A DNA stretch of 64,000 bases from Paraspadella gotoi (lineage: Eukaryota > Animalia > Chaetognatha). The DNA lies in the NCBI GenBank assembly GCA_051294375.1, contig CM119264.1:24220002-24284001 (forward strand), read 5' to 3'. A program made the translations under genes and the position numbers. The notes under the pieces were generated by a model. The model searched no databases. It was not told the DNA's origin and saw only the letters and a program-made list of their open reading frames with translations. Positions 48,801 to 61,923 of the stretch are shown piece after piece. Numbering within the stretch: position 1 is the first letter of the stretch; every line of letters begins with the position of its first letter.

Positions 48801-51164
48801 CATTCTTTTCCTCATCTCCATTTTCCTTTTTTACGCCGGCTTTCCCACTTTTCACATGGCTTTTCTTAAAACTCGTTTGATGACTTATTTTCGCTTGTAA
48901 TTTCCCATCTTCTTTTTATTTATTCCCACATCTTAAAAAATCATCAGCATCATTGGTGAATTAACTCTAATCTTCATTATCGTTCTCCCTAATGAACTGT
49001 TATCTCAAATCTCTATCTTTTTTCGCCAATCTTCTCTGATTTCTTTCCTTTACCTCTCCTTTCCTTCCCATTTCCTCCTTTTTTTTCTTTTTTTAATCCG
49101 ACTTTTTTTTTTTTCCTTCGCTGCCGCTCTTTGAACTAACCGGATTTCCGCCACGGATGGACTTTTACTACTTTTCCCATAAAAAGAGGAAGATATATTA
49201 AAAAAAGAAACTATAAAAAAAAAGGAAAAAAAAAATATCGGATTTTTTCTCCTTGGCTTAAAAAACTGCGAGATTCGCGCGAACAGATCCAATAAGGGGC
49301 GAGCTTGTAGAACCCTTCGACTTAGCTTAACCCTAATGATTTATTTATTAGAACTCCTTAAAGGCGTCCTTCGTCTTGAGGCCACGAAAAAGTGGCTAAA
49401 ACCTCCGTCAAAACGACTCATCGAAAATTACCTCTTTAACAAGCGTCGCAACAGAACAAATACGTGATTGTGATGGTGAAGACCGCGTGACGGTGAGCAA
49501 AATTCCGTCTATTTCGATTGGAAACTTGAATTTTTCACAATTTTTTTTTCTATGCACTTCTTTTTTTTTTCGCGGCGCTAAAATTATGAAGAAACGAAAG
49601 GAAAAATAAAAATTATCATCCCACGTCCTTCCAACCTTCTCCCACAGCCGCACATCATCCACCCGGAGCCCCCCACTCCACCCCACCACCCACCCCGTCT
49701 TATCCCCCTCCTTCCCCATCGGAATCATGTTTAGCATCTTTCATAATCCAGTTTTTGGTTTCACGACGAAGAAGAAAGATTTTCATTCGAAACGTCGCAA
49801 ATAATATTTACTCAATTTCATTGCACTGCGTCGACGAGCCCGCCAGTCGGTTCCTAAGCTCTTTCATTCACTCGATTTGAAATCCCCCTCATCGCTCGCC
49901 TCCCTCTCTCTCTTTATCGCTCTCGCTCTCACTCTTATAGTGAATTCTGATTTTATGAACAGGAGCTTCACTCGAGCGTATGAAAAACCTTGCACAACCA
50001 CCTTCGTTTGTACTGCACGAAGTCACAAACGTAGTCACTATCGACAAACAATCATTTCATTTTTTGAGCAACCGCGAACGTGAAAAAAAATTGTGAGATA
50101 CATGGACTGCATTTCTCTCTCTCTCGTCTCTCTCTCTCTCCTCTCTCTCTCTCACTCGCTCCTCATAGATGCCGTGACGAAAATGAAATAAAAAAAATAA
50201 AATAAAATTTACCAATTTCATTACTCGTTAAAATAGAAATTCAAGCCGCACTGAATTAATCGGAGTTCAAGTTTCACAAAAATGCGAGACCGGGAAGCGG
50301 TAAAATTTTTTGTGTTTACATTCCACGTACGCCATGCGAAGATCTCGCTGAGAGGGAAAAATGTGCAAGTGGCGGAACAAAGTAAATAAACGAAATAATT
50401 AACGAAAATATGTATAAATAAGTTCGCGTATAAAAATCCTGTTGCTCGAATAGCCGAAAAAATTCCCGTATTTTTTTTCCGCCCCTTCAAAAGAAAAAAC
50501 CAAAATTTGAATTCGAAAAAAAAATGGGGAAACCCCTTAAAAATAACGGAGGGTTTTCGGCAAAAGAAAGTAACGAGAGAAGAATCGTGAAAAGCAAACT
50601 AAAGTGTAAAAGATCATTCGTTCGTTAAAATTGACGTGGTTCGTGGAATCGGGAAGACTAAAAACGAACCGAGCTGATTTAAAATAAATTATTTCTGAAT
50701 ATAACACTGACAAAGCATTTATTTTCTTCGCAAAAGTTTTGCGTTGATTCGTGGTTTATCGATTTTGTTTTTCTTGAATTTCAAAATACAATCCGGCTGA
50801 AAAATATATTTGAAATTAGTTTAAAAATTAAATTTGAAATAAAATTGACTGAAAAATTAACTTTATTTTACTTTTGCATCAGTTTTTTTTTTTGTCTTCA
50901 GATATATGTTCAATACTTTAGAAAGGTTATATTTCATTTTTCCGTTAAAGAACCAATAAGTTTTTTTTTTCGTTTTAAATATTTTGTTTAAAGATAAATA
51001 AAAAAATTTACATTAAAAGGCTTATTTCTCACCCAATTTGTTCGCGTTAATTATTTTCAAAATCTTTAATCATTTTTTCAGATTATTAAAAAGTAAAGTA
51101 ATGAATCTTAAATTTTTCGCATTATGACGCGTTTTTTAATTCTTCCACGGAAACTTAATCTCAG

Positions 51165-51412
51165 GTTAGCGGCAATGAAGTTGAATCAAGCACTACTTGA
51201 TGGATTGGTTGATGCAATATCAAATTGCGGCGAAATTGATTGGTGCCAATCCCTCAATTCCTTCAGTTGTCGGTGGCCCCCGGCCTCCACCGATTTGCAC
51301 AACGCGATTCCAGATGACGTGTACCCCGTCGCGGTCGACAATCCGGCGGATGGAAACATGGAGCGCCGTCAGGCTGTGCAGGGACTCTTTAGCCAAAGCT
51401 CAACGTCAACAG
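51165..51412 (+). CDS. Alkaline phosphatase, probable N-terminal exon (frameshifted)
   Basis: GC-rich segment between ctcag| and ag|gttttt. It ends ETW...DSLAKAQRQQ, compatible with the W...L helix that precedes AKNV in metazoan ALPs. Confidence 0.4.
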
Positions 51413-51546
51413 GTTTTTCGATGTAGTATGTTATCACAATGTTATTAATATGTTATTCATATCGGCGGCTAAGCATAGAATGCTTCCTTTTGTTTTTTTA
51501 ATGCATTTCATAAATTAAACATATGTAAATTCTAATGTACTTAAAG

Positions 51547-51626
51547 CAGAGGCAAAGAACGTGGTGGCTATTTATCGCAGATGGTCTTTCTCTGCCGACA
51601 GTTGCAGTCGCGCAGGAATCTTAAAG
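51547..51626 (+). CDS. Alkaline phosphatase exon (AKNVVLFIADG...ARILK)
   Basis: gcaaagaacgtggtg(g)ctatttatcgcagatggtctttctctgccgacagttgcagtcgc...aggaatcttaaag matches ALP AKNVILFxGDGM...TAARIL once single-base insertions are removed. Confidence 0.8.
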
Positions 51627-51705
51627 GTTCAAAATATATAATATATAACTAACATTTATACATCTTATTAAAACTTACAACTAATAAAAACCTCTTACGC
51701 GCTAG

Positions 51706-51804
51706 GTTCAACTTCAAAACCTGTCGGGAGCCAGAGCAAAGTTATAATCTTCGAGAGTTTCCTTACCGTTGCCCTCTCCAAGACTTACCAAGTCGGACAA
51801 ACAG
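51706..51804 (+). CDS. Alkaline phosphatase exon (FESFPYVALSKTYxxDKQ)
   Basis: ttcgagagtttccttac(c)gttgccctctccaagacttac...gacaaacag|gt matches the ALP FPxxALSKTYxxDxQ motif. Confidence 0.85.
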
Positions 51805-52107
51805 GTGAAAGTGTTTGGGGAATAAGAGCAATGGGTGTCGAAAGCTGTTCCGAGACGTCATAAAAATTACATAACTTCTGCTCTTTCATCATAACAAAAA
51901 CTAACCAATTTTTGATAAAATGGTTTTTTCATTGTCCTGACTTAAAGCGAACTTTCTTCGTTGAATCGGAGTCTTCGGCTAAATCGATTTCCTATGTAAA
52001 AAGCGACTTTATTATTTTGCCTTTAATCAGGAATAAAAAAATCTGAATTATGCGAAATATTTTTCTGTATTCGTGTAACAAACAAAAGTCCATTTTATTG
52101 ATATCAA

Positions 52108-52236
52108 GTCCCCGATTCGTCGGTCAGGAAACGGCGACGCGCGATTTAGTCTTTAGCGGCGGTAAAGACGAAACTAAACGGACTCATTGGTTTCGATGAA
52201 AACGTCAAAGTTTAAGTTTTTGCCTCCTCGGAAAAG
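52108..52236 (+). CDS. Alkaline phosphatase exon with the catalytic Ser (VPDS..TATA..GVKTN..LIG)
   Basis: gtccccgattcg...acggcgacg...gcgatt...gtaaagacgaa...ggactcattggt. Donor AAG|GTGAGT. Confidence 0.8.
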
Positions 52237-52672
52237 GTGAGTTGAAGGGTAAGGTCTCACTCCGTTCTCGTATATTATTTTTCTACTGTTTTTCCTGCTG
52301 ATCTTTTACTCGTAGATTGAGTAAATATTTTTGAAAGCAATGTTTCTGTTGTTTCTCTCGTTTTGTTCTTTTGTATTTGTTTTTGGTGCTCCGCTGAAAA
52401 CCCATTATTTTGGTTAAGAGCAGTTTTTGCTCTCCTGTTCTAGCAGATTTATTTTAGACACCTATTCCTTTAACGATGTTCACTTTATTTTTTCCATGCC
52501 AAGCGTTGTGTTTCATTATTGTCCCTTTTTCATCCTCTCTCCATCTCTCCTCCTCTCTGCACCTCCTCCTCATCTTCCTGCCCTCATTTCTCATTCCGCG
52601 AAATCTAAAAAAGAAAAGTCATTCATTTCTCATGACACTCTCGGTCGTCAACTCTCTCTCTCTCTCTCACAT

Positions 52673-52704
<32 letters not shown>

Positions 52705-52781
52705 ATCATTCTCTCTCTCCAGGCCAGCCATATTTTGGTCCATTCTATACTCATTGTTCTTCTGTTCTCCCCGTTTTTCAG

Positions 52782-52924
52782 TCTGACCACCCGCGTTGCG
52801 TCTTTTTCTGACCCGCGGTCACGCGCCGGGAAACGCGCGGTTAGTGTGACGACGACGAGAAGTGACGCAGCGCGGACGTCAGCGTCGGCCACTACGCCAC
52901 TCCGCCTCTCGATACTGGGAGATG
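52782..52924 (+). CDS. Alkaline phosphatase exon (AGKxxGxVTTTRVTHA...YAHSASRYWE)
   Basis: gccgggaaacgc...gtgacgacgacgaga(a)gtgacgca...tacgccactccgcctctcgatactggga. Acceptor tttttcag, donor GTGAGT. Confidence 0.85.
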
Positions 52925-54197
52925 GTGAGTTTTGGTTTTGGGAGAGTTTAAAGGGGAATTGGTAAGTCGTAAGAGAAAATCTTGAATGGTAAAATCCAGT
53001 TTAAAATATAATCCGCATAAGTTTTTGTTAAAAAGTCTAACTTTAAAAAGGTAATTGGGTAGAACGTCAAAATGTTGTCGACGAACAGTTAAAGTAAGGT
53101 AAAACTTTAAAAAAAGTAGGCATTTCGGATTAGCTTGTCCAAAATGTTCGAAAAAGTAATGTTTAAAAATCCTTTTCCACGGCAACTATTTACGACGTTT
53201 CCTCTCGTTTATATTCCGAAATAACAATATCCGATTGAAACGAACCCAAACAAATATAAAAATTCAAAATCCTCCAGGTTGAAAGCGGGGATTGCAGTGG
53301 GAATTTTATTGCGGATCGATTTAATACTCAAAAACTCGGTTTAGCATCGAGTCAGTTTTAAAGAAATCGATTCTCGATCGGAGGATTTTATTGAGCGAAG
53401 AAAAAAGCGTGGTTCCGCCTCGAAAGGTCTTTCCAATAAAACCGCTTTATATTCGCCGATTTCTTATATGAACCACTTTCGTCGACCGGGAGACGGAATT
53501 CGTGGTCGCTGACGAAATCGCGCCGCCGAAAACCACGATGTGGATATTTCAACGTTTTTGGATTTGGCTTTGAAAAGGAGATTGTTCAAGATAGTTGTTT
53601 TGCTTTTAAAAGCAGATTTTGAGGACTGTATTGTGAACGGTTTTTAAAAAGCAGATTTTTTGAAAAGTTTTGGATTGGCTTTAAAGCTCACTTTTAAAAT
53701 AGTTATGCTTTGGTGAGGACGTGCATTATTTTCTACGAAAAGCTAAATTAGGCTAAAATGGATTCTTATCTCTCTCTCTGTTTTTCTAATCCTCCATCTC
53801 TAATCTCTCTATCTTTCTGAGTTTTTCAACTACATCACTGCATGGTTGGTTTGCGCTCTCTCTCTTCTCTGGTCTCGCTCCTAATTGGAGTAATGGAGGA
53901 GCTCGAAATTTAGTCTTTATTTTGACGAACAGCTTTGTGTAGGGAACCATAAACCGATGATCTCATGCGCCCGGTGGGCACAACCAGATCTCTTTTTCCT
54001 TCTTTCTTTCCCCTCTCTATATATTATATTTTATTTTTCATCTAACAGACGTATATAGTAGTATTATCATTGCGAGTTTTTGATAAGTGTTTTGCGATTA
54101 GTATTTAACGTTTTTCTGCGTCAATAATAACAAGTTAACAATGCAATGTCTCCTTCTCCACCGATCCCGTCCTTTCTCCCTCACCCCCTTCCCTCAG

Positions 54198-54342
54198 ATT
54201 CCGTGGTCAGAAAGACAGCTGGGAGTAATAACCTCACATCTTCCGCGGAATCGGGGACACGTTGGACGGCAACTGCACCGACATCGCGCAGCAGTCCTCG
54301 TGCGAGAAATGACCACGGGATTCGACCTTATCATGGGCGGAG
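54198..54342 (+). CDS. Alkaline phosphatase exon (CTDIAQQLV...FDLIMGGG)
   Basis: tgcaccgacatcgcgcagcag(tc)ctcgtg...ttcgaccttatcatgggcggag|gttagt matches ALP CxDIAxQL...DVIxGGG. Confidence 0.85.
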
Positions 54343-54787
54343 GTTAGTAGGGGGTTGTTCGGCGGGATGGGGTAGAGTAGTAAAAGGGTTGGCGTTTGAC
54401 GGGAGAGGAAATGGATATCTGTTGAAAACAAACTGAGAGAAAAGGCATTTAATTTTTTTTTCACCAAAAAAGTTGAGAAATTAGTGGTCACTCGAAAGTG
54501 CGCCGAGTCACGTGTCACGGGTTGAATCTGTTTTGAAAGGAGAAATAAAATAGACCTACGGAGGGTCACGCGTCCTAACGAGGAAGGTCGTGAATCCAAC
54601 CGCAGTCGCCTCTAACGCGGTCCCGTCACGACGACGAGACGGAAGGGAACACAAACATCTCCCAGATGTCATTAATTCTAACGATTGGCGAAAAATAATT
54701 CATCGCCTTGAATTAAAAGGCCATTAGGAGACAGAAAAGAAGCATTTCAGAGGGAGAGAGAGAGAGAGAAGAGAGAGAGAAGAAGAG

Positions 54788-54820
<33 letters not shown>

Positions 54821-55401
54821 AACGTCATGCCATCAGTCGCTCCTAATTTTTCACCGCATCTCTCAGAGGATTCTCTTTAATTAATATCGTCCGAACTTTG
54901 TTTTTTTTTTCTGTTTTTTTTTTTTTTTTCTGTTTTGTTGTTGTTTTCTTGGCATTCTCCCTCGTGGCTATCGCTCCCTCGGTCCCCAATCCCATTTTTT
55001 TATTCGCAGGAAGACGCGACTTGGCATAAGGAAGCTTTCTTGGTCGTTCTTCAATTTTTCTCCTTCCTTTATATTTCCTTCCTTAATAGTTAATTTGTAT
55101 GCTTTTTTCTTCCATTTGTATTTTCTAATTAATTTTTTTGTAACGTTTTTCGTTTCCTTTTCTCCTTCCTTCCTTCCTTCCTTCCTTCCTTCCTTCCTTC
55201 CTTCCGTTCCTTCTTTCCTCCTTCCTTCTTCCTGTTGGCTTTCGTTTCCATTTCTTTCCATTGCTTCGTTTCCCTTTACTTCATTCCTTATTCTTTTCTC
55301 TTCTTTAGCGACATCTCCTGTTCTCACCTATTATTCTTTTCCCTACTTTAATCGATCCTCTCTCCTGTTCCGATCTCTCCCATCCACGGCACAATGTCCA
55401 G

Positions 55402-55574
55402 GACGCAAAACTTCCCTCCCCACCGCTTCGCCGATCCGGTCGACGTCCGCCGCAAAAGGAAAGCGACCGGACGGACGCGACATGCGAAGCGGAGTTTGGC
55501 GCCTGAAACAGGAGAGCGCCCGGAAGAAGCCGCCGTCCTCTGGAAACAAGGAGGCAGTTTGGACACCTGGAACG
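55402..55574 (+). CDS. Alkaline phosphatase exon (GRK.F...GKRPDGRD...W), truncated by an N gap
   Basis: Continues GGG-RK in phase and contains the ALP GxRxDGRxL...W motif. Confidence 0.75.
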
Positions 55575-55599
55575 NNNNNNNNNNNNNNNNNNNNNNNNN

Positions 55600-55635
<36 letters not shown>

Positions 55636-58234
55636 GTAAAACACTTTTTTAATTAATCAAATCGCAATGTTGAATTTATAGAGAAAACTGTATCGATTTA
55701 CATTGAAAGACTTTTGAAAAAAAGAAAAGCTGTTAAAATGTAAAATCAGTAAATGACTAAGTCACTCAGTAACTACGTTTTACAATAGTTTTCCCTTCCA
55801 ATTAAGGTTCTTTAATTTTACATCTACTTCAGTAAAGAAAACATCCTTTTCAGTGGCGCGCGATTCGCTTCGAGCTAATCTCATTAGAATTAAAAAGTGC
55901 TTTGCGAAAAGACTAATCCAATTTGTTTCGTAACGATTCTTTCTTTATTTCCCTAGTTGATGTCGTTATCTTTGTCGTAGTCAAAGTAGAGAAACTTTTA
56001 CGACTCTGGATAAAAAAAAAAGAATAATCCTTAGGTTGCCTACATAAATGTCTCGATAAAATACAGAGCGATCACGTTTCCATTCAGGCGAATGCTTCGT
56101 CGAGAATGTATTAAAAAAAATTGAGTTTTTTATTAACATTGACGATATCTCCGTTTTTCTCAGAAGGGGGGGGGGCGGAAGTAAGCTATTTTTAAAACAG
56201 CATTTATACAAAATTCTCTTTTAACTGATTTTTTTTTCTCATTCCCTGAACCATGAATTTATTTTCAGGGACTCCTCTCACGAACTTTAACTTTTTGATC
56301 CCACTCTGTACCCACCAACCAGATACACACCTTTCCCTCAGTTCACTTTTCTAATCCCACCCTGTATTAACCTTCCGGATACACCTCTCACTTCATTTTT
56401 CTAATCCCACCCTGTATCGACGCGCCGTGATTCCCCTCAGATGTTGTTCTTCCTTTTACGTCTCCCTGAGGCTTCACCCTCCGCCTAGCAGATGGTCCTC
56501 CGCATTTTTCCTTTTCTTTCCCTTTTTTTCTTTTTTTCCTTTTTTTTTAATCCTTTTTTCTTTTCCTCTTCCTCTTTTCTCCGAGAATAAAACGGAAGAA
56601 TATATGCAAGAATGACGATGGTTAATGATCGCGATTGGTCGTGATTGTGAGCGTGATTGGTCGTGATTGTGAGCGTGATTGGTCGTGATTGTGAGCGTCG
56701 TTAAATAGAAAGAAGAAAATAGCGATGAACTTCGGAGACGCTGAAACTTCGTGACAAAGAAAAATCTGTTTTTCGCCCAACTTCGTATTCACCATTTACG
56801 TCATCACTGACGCGTGGACGACATAAATGTCATCAATGACGCCGACGGCCACAACATCACTTTTTTTCCCCCCAAAACAACATCAATTTTCGGGAGAAAT
56901 TTTTTTTCTTCCGAGAGTTAATTCACTTGGCCTCGAGTGACTCACCGTTTCGCGTCCCTCATAATCACAATCTCTCACAAAATTCATCGCTGATCAAAAT
57001 CGGAGGTCATCGTCCTCAAGTTGTGAGACTTTCCATTCATCATCTTGGACTCACGGCTTCACTTAATTCCAATCTTAACCGGGAAGAAATCGTTTGTTGA
57101 TGACGACTAAATGGACGACGCGTACACTGAGATTTGACTTGTGAAAGTACTGCTTCAATTTTATCAGTCATATACATCATCGCTAGGGTTTTTTATGACC
57201 ATAGGCCATCCTTTTTTTCCTATCACTTCCATCGTCAATGTCATCACATCGCTTGTTTCGTCGTCTTGTGTCTTCCGTCTTTGTCGTCTTTGTCGTCTTC
57301 GTCTTCGTCGTCTTCGTCCTTCTTCGTCGTCTTCATCAGTCTTCGCCTTCATCTTGTTTTCGTTGTCTTCGTCTTGCTTTCGTCTTCGTCTTCGTCTTCA
57401 TCGTCTTCGTCTCGTCTTCGGTCTTCGTTCTTCGACGTCTTCATCGTCTTCATCTTCGTCTTTGTCTTCGTCGTCTTCGTCTTCGTCTTCGTCTTCGTCT
57501 GTCGTCGTCTTCCGTCTTCGTCGTCTTCATCGTTCTCATCTTCGTCTTTTGTCTTTCGTCTCTTCGTCTTCGTCTTTCTCTCGTCGTTCGTCCTTCGTCT
57601 TGCGTCTCAATTCGTCTTCGTCGTCTTCGTCTCTCTTCGACGTCTTCCACGTTCTTCAATCTTCGTCTTGTCTTCGTCGTCTTCGTCTTCGTTTCGTTTC
57701 GTCTTCGTCGTCTTTCGTCTCTCGTCTTCATCGTCTTCATCTCGTCTTTGTCTTCGTCGTCTTCGTCTTCGTCTTCGTCGTCGTCTTCGTCGTCTTCGTC
57801 TTCGTCGTCTTCGTCATCGTCATCATCTTTCATCAATCCTATTTTTTTCCCTTTCGATCTCTTCAGAAATTTCTGAATCATTTTCTTCACGCTCGACCGA
57901 TTCGAAGATCCTTACTGGGGATGCGGGGCTTTTTGGAAATTGGGAGATTTGGAGATTTGGAGATTTGGAGATTTGGAGATTTTGTGAGTTTGAGATTTTG
58001 ACAATGAAAGATTTGGAAATTTTAAAAAAATATAGATTTAGAAAAAAAACAATTATTATTTGTTTTATCAACGAATTGTATTTGATAAAACAAATAATAA
58101 TTGTTTTTCTCTAAATCTTAAAACACAACGAAATAGAAAGTCTATACACAAAAAAATATAGAAAATAGAAAATGAGAGTCAGAAACAAATATGAAAACAA
58201 CTTTTAGTTAACTGATATCTGGCTTTTGGGAATT

Positions 58235-58271
<37 letters not shown>

Positions 58272-61200
58272 NNNNNNNNNNNNNNNNNNNNNNNNNNNNN
58301 NNNNNNNNNNNNNNNNNNNNNNNNNNNNNNNNNNNNNNNNNNNNNNNNNNNNNNNNNNNNNNNNNNNNNNNNNNNNNNNNNNNNNNNNNNNNNNNNNNNN
58401 NNNNNNNNNNNNNNNNNNNNNNNNNNNNNNNNNNNNNNNNNNNNNNNNNNNNNNNNNNNNNNNNNNNNGAAATAAAAAAAAAAGACTTGGAATTTTCATC
58501 CTTAAACGATTTTCTCCTCTGCCTTTTTTCCTTTGCTTCTATTTCTCTTTCCTTCCCTTTTTCTTTTTCCTTTCTTCTTCATTCTTTTCCTCATCTCCCC
58601 ATTTTCCTTTTTACCGCCTTTTCCCACTTTCACATGGCTTTTCTTAAAACTCGTTTGATGACTTATTTCGCTTGTAATTTCCATCTTCTTTTATTTTATT
58701 CCTCACATCTTAAAATCATCAGCATCATTGTCATTACCCTAATCTTCATTATCGTTCTCCTAATGAACTTTATCTCAATCTCTATCTTTTTTCCCATCTT
58801 CTCTATTTCTTTCCTTTCCTCCCTTTCCTCCCATTTCCTCCTTTTTTTTCTTTTTTAATCGACTTTTTTTTTTCCTTCGCTCGCTCTTTGACTAACGCGA
58901 TTCGCCACGATGGACTTTTACTACTTTTCCCATAAAAAGAGGAAGATAATTTAAAAAAAGAAACTATAAAAAAAAAGGAAAAAAAAAATATCGGATTTTT
59001 TCTCCTTGGCTTAAAAAACTGCGAGATTCGACGCGAACCCAAAAGGGGCGAGCTTTAAGAAGCCCTTGACTTAGCTTAACCCTAATATTTATTTATTAGA
59101 ACTCCCTTAAAGGCGTCTTCGTCTTGAGGCCACGAAAAAGGGCTAAACCTCACGTCAAACTCGAAAATTCCTCTTTACAGCGTCACAAAATAGTGAATTG
59201 TGAATGGTGAACCGCGTGACGCAAAATTCACGTCCTATTCGATTCAAAACTTGAATTTTTCACAATTTTTTTTTCTATCACTTTTTTTTTCCGGCGCTAA
59301 AATTATGATGAAACCGAAAGGAAAAAAAAAATTATCATCGAGAGACGAGGAGAGAGAGAGAGGAGAGAGAGAGAAGAGAGAAATAAGTAAAACACTTTTT
59401 TAATTATTAATCCAAATCGCAATGTTTGAATTTCATAGAGAAACTGTATCCAATTTACATTGAAAGACTTTTGAAAAAAAGGAATAAGCTGTTAAAATGT
59501 AAAACTCAGTAATACCTAAGTACTCAGGTAACTAGTTTTACAATAGTTTTCTCATTAAGTTCTAATTTTACATCTACTTCAGTTTAAGAAAATCATCTTT
59601 CAGTGGCGCGCGAATTCGCTTCGAGCTAATCTCAATGAATTAAAAAGTGCTTTGCGAAAAGCACACTGCCAATTTCGACATTCTTCATTTCCCTAGTGAG
59701 TCGGTATTTTTCTAGTCAAAGTAGAGAAACTTTTACTGACTCTGGATAAAAAAAAAAAGAATAATCCTTAGGTTGCCTACATAAATGCTCGATTAAAATA
59801 CAGAGCGATCAACGTTTTCCATCAGGCGAATGCTTCGTCGAGATGTATTAAAAAAAATTGAGTTTTTTATTAACATTGACGATATCTCCGTTTTTCTCAG
59901 AAGGGGGGGGGCGCGAAGTAAGCTATTTTTAAAACCAGCATTTATACCACAAATTCTCTTTAACTGATTTTTTCTCATTCCCTGAACATCGAATTTATTA
60001 TTAGGGACTCCTCTCACGACGACTTTAACTTTTTGATCCACTCGTACCCACCCAACAAGATACACACCTTTCCCTCAGTTCACTTTTCTAATCCCACCCT
60101 GTAGTTAACTTCCGGATACACCTCTCACTTCATTTTTTCTAATCCCACCCTGTCATCGGACGCGCCGTGATTCGCCTCAGATGTTGTTCTTCCTTTACGT
60201 TCTCCCTGAGGCTTCACACTCCGCCTAGCAGATGGTTCCTCCCGCATTTTTCCTTTTTCTTTCCTTTTTTTCTTTTCTCCTTTTTTTAATCCATTTTTTC
60301 TTTTCCTCTTCCTCTTTCTCCGAGAAAAAACGGTAAGAATATATGCAAGAATGACGTATGGTTAATGATCGCGATTGGGTCGTGATGTGAGCGATTAGGT
60401 TCTGATTGTGAGCGTGATGGGTCGTGATTGTGAGCGTCGTTAATAGAAAGAAGAAAATAGCGAGTGAACTTCGGAACGCTGACTTCGTGACAAAGAAAAA
60501 TCTGTTTTCGCCCAACAGAGGATTCGTATTCGCCTTGACGTCATCCTGACGCGTGGACGACATAAATGTCAATCAATGACGCCGACCGGCACAACATCAC
60601 TTTTTTTCCCCCCCAAAACAACATCAATTTTCGGGAAGAGAAATTTTTTCTTAGCGCGGAGTTAAATTCATTGGCCCTCGATGTTGACTCACCGTTTTCG
60701 CGTCCCTCATAATCCACAATCTCTCGACAAAATTCATCGCTGATCAAAATCTGTGAGTCATCGTCCCCAAGTGTGAGACTCATTCACAATCTGGACTGCA
60801 TCTGCTTCACTTAAATTCCAATCTTAACGCGGGAAGAAATATCGTTGTTGATGACGACTAACGATGGACGACGACGTACTAAACGTAGATTGACGTGAGA
60901 AGTACTCAATTTTTATCCAGTGCAATATACATCATCGCTAGGGTTTTTTTATTACCATATGGCCCATCCTTTTTTCCTATTCACTTCCTATCGTCATGTC
61001 ATCACAGTCGTCGTCGTTTTCGTCGTCTTTGTGTCTATCTGTCGTCTTTGTCGTTCGTCTTCGTCTCGTCCTTCTCGTCGCTTCAGTCTTCGCTTTCTTG
61101 TTTCTTGTCTCCTTCGAGTCTTCGTCGTCTCATGTTCCTTCGCTTCGTTCTTCGCTCATCGTCTCATCTTGTCTTCTGTCGTCTCGGTCTCGTTTCGTCT

Positions 61201-61880
61201 TCGTCTTTCGTCTTCGTCTTCGCCATCGTTCACTCGTTCTTGTTCTTCGTCTTCGTTCGTCGTGTCGTCTTCGTCTTCGTCGATTGCCGCTCGTTCGTCT
61301 TCGATCACGTCTTCAATCTTCTCTTGTCTTGTGTCTTCGTTCGTTCTTCGTCTCGTCGTCTTCGTTCCTTCTCGTCTTATCTTGTTCCGTGTCTCGTCTC
61401 GCGTTTCGTCTTCGTCGTCTTCGCTCATCTGTCTCGTCAGTCATCATCTTCATTCAATCCTATTTTTTTCCCCTTTCGATCTCTTCAGAATTTCTGAATC
61501 ATTTCTTTCACGCTCGACCGATTCGAAGATCCTTACTGGGATGCTGGGCTTCTTTTGGAAATTGGGAGACTTTGGAGATTTGGAGATTTGAATTTGGAGA
61601 TTTTTGTGAGTTTGGAATTGTTGACAATGAAAGATTTGGAAATTTTAAAAAATAATAGATTTAGAAAAAAAAACATTATTATTTGTTTTATCAACGAATT
61701 GTATTTGATAAAAAAATAAATTAATTTGTTTTTCTCTAATCTTAAAACAACGAAATGAAGTCCTATACACAAAAAAATATAGGAAATAGAAAAATGAGAG
61801 TCCAGTAAACAAATATGAAAACAAACTTTTAGTTAACTGATATCTGGCTTTTGGGAAATATATCTCTATCTCCTTCTCTC

Positions 61881-61923
<43 letters not shown>

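Noticed and set aside
51165-55574. Programmed frameshifting or RNA editing as the explanation for the broken ALP and Dbx exons
   Set aside because: Indels are scattered, involve all bases, and equally affect duplicated non-coding DNA. Sequencing error is far more parsimonious.
57134-58114. Long Ser/Arg/Val/Phe-rich ORFs here and at 47627-48240 and 60895-61655
   Set aside because: They arise from (TCG/TCT)n simple repeats that lack stops in several frames, and the frames are not conserved between the three copies.
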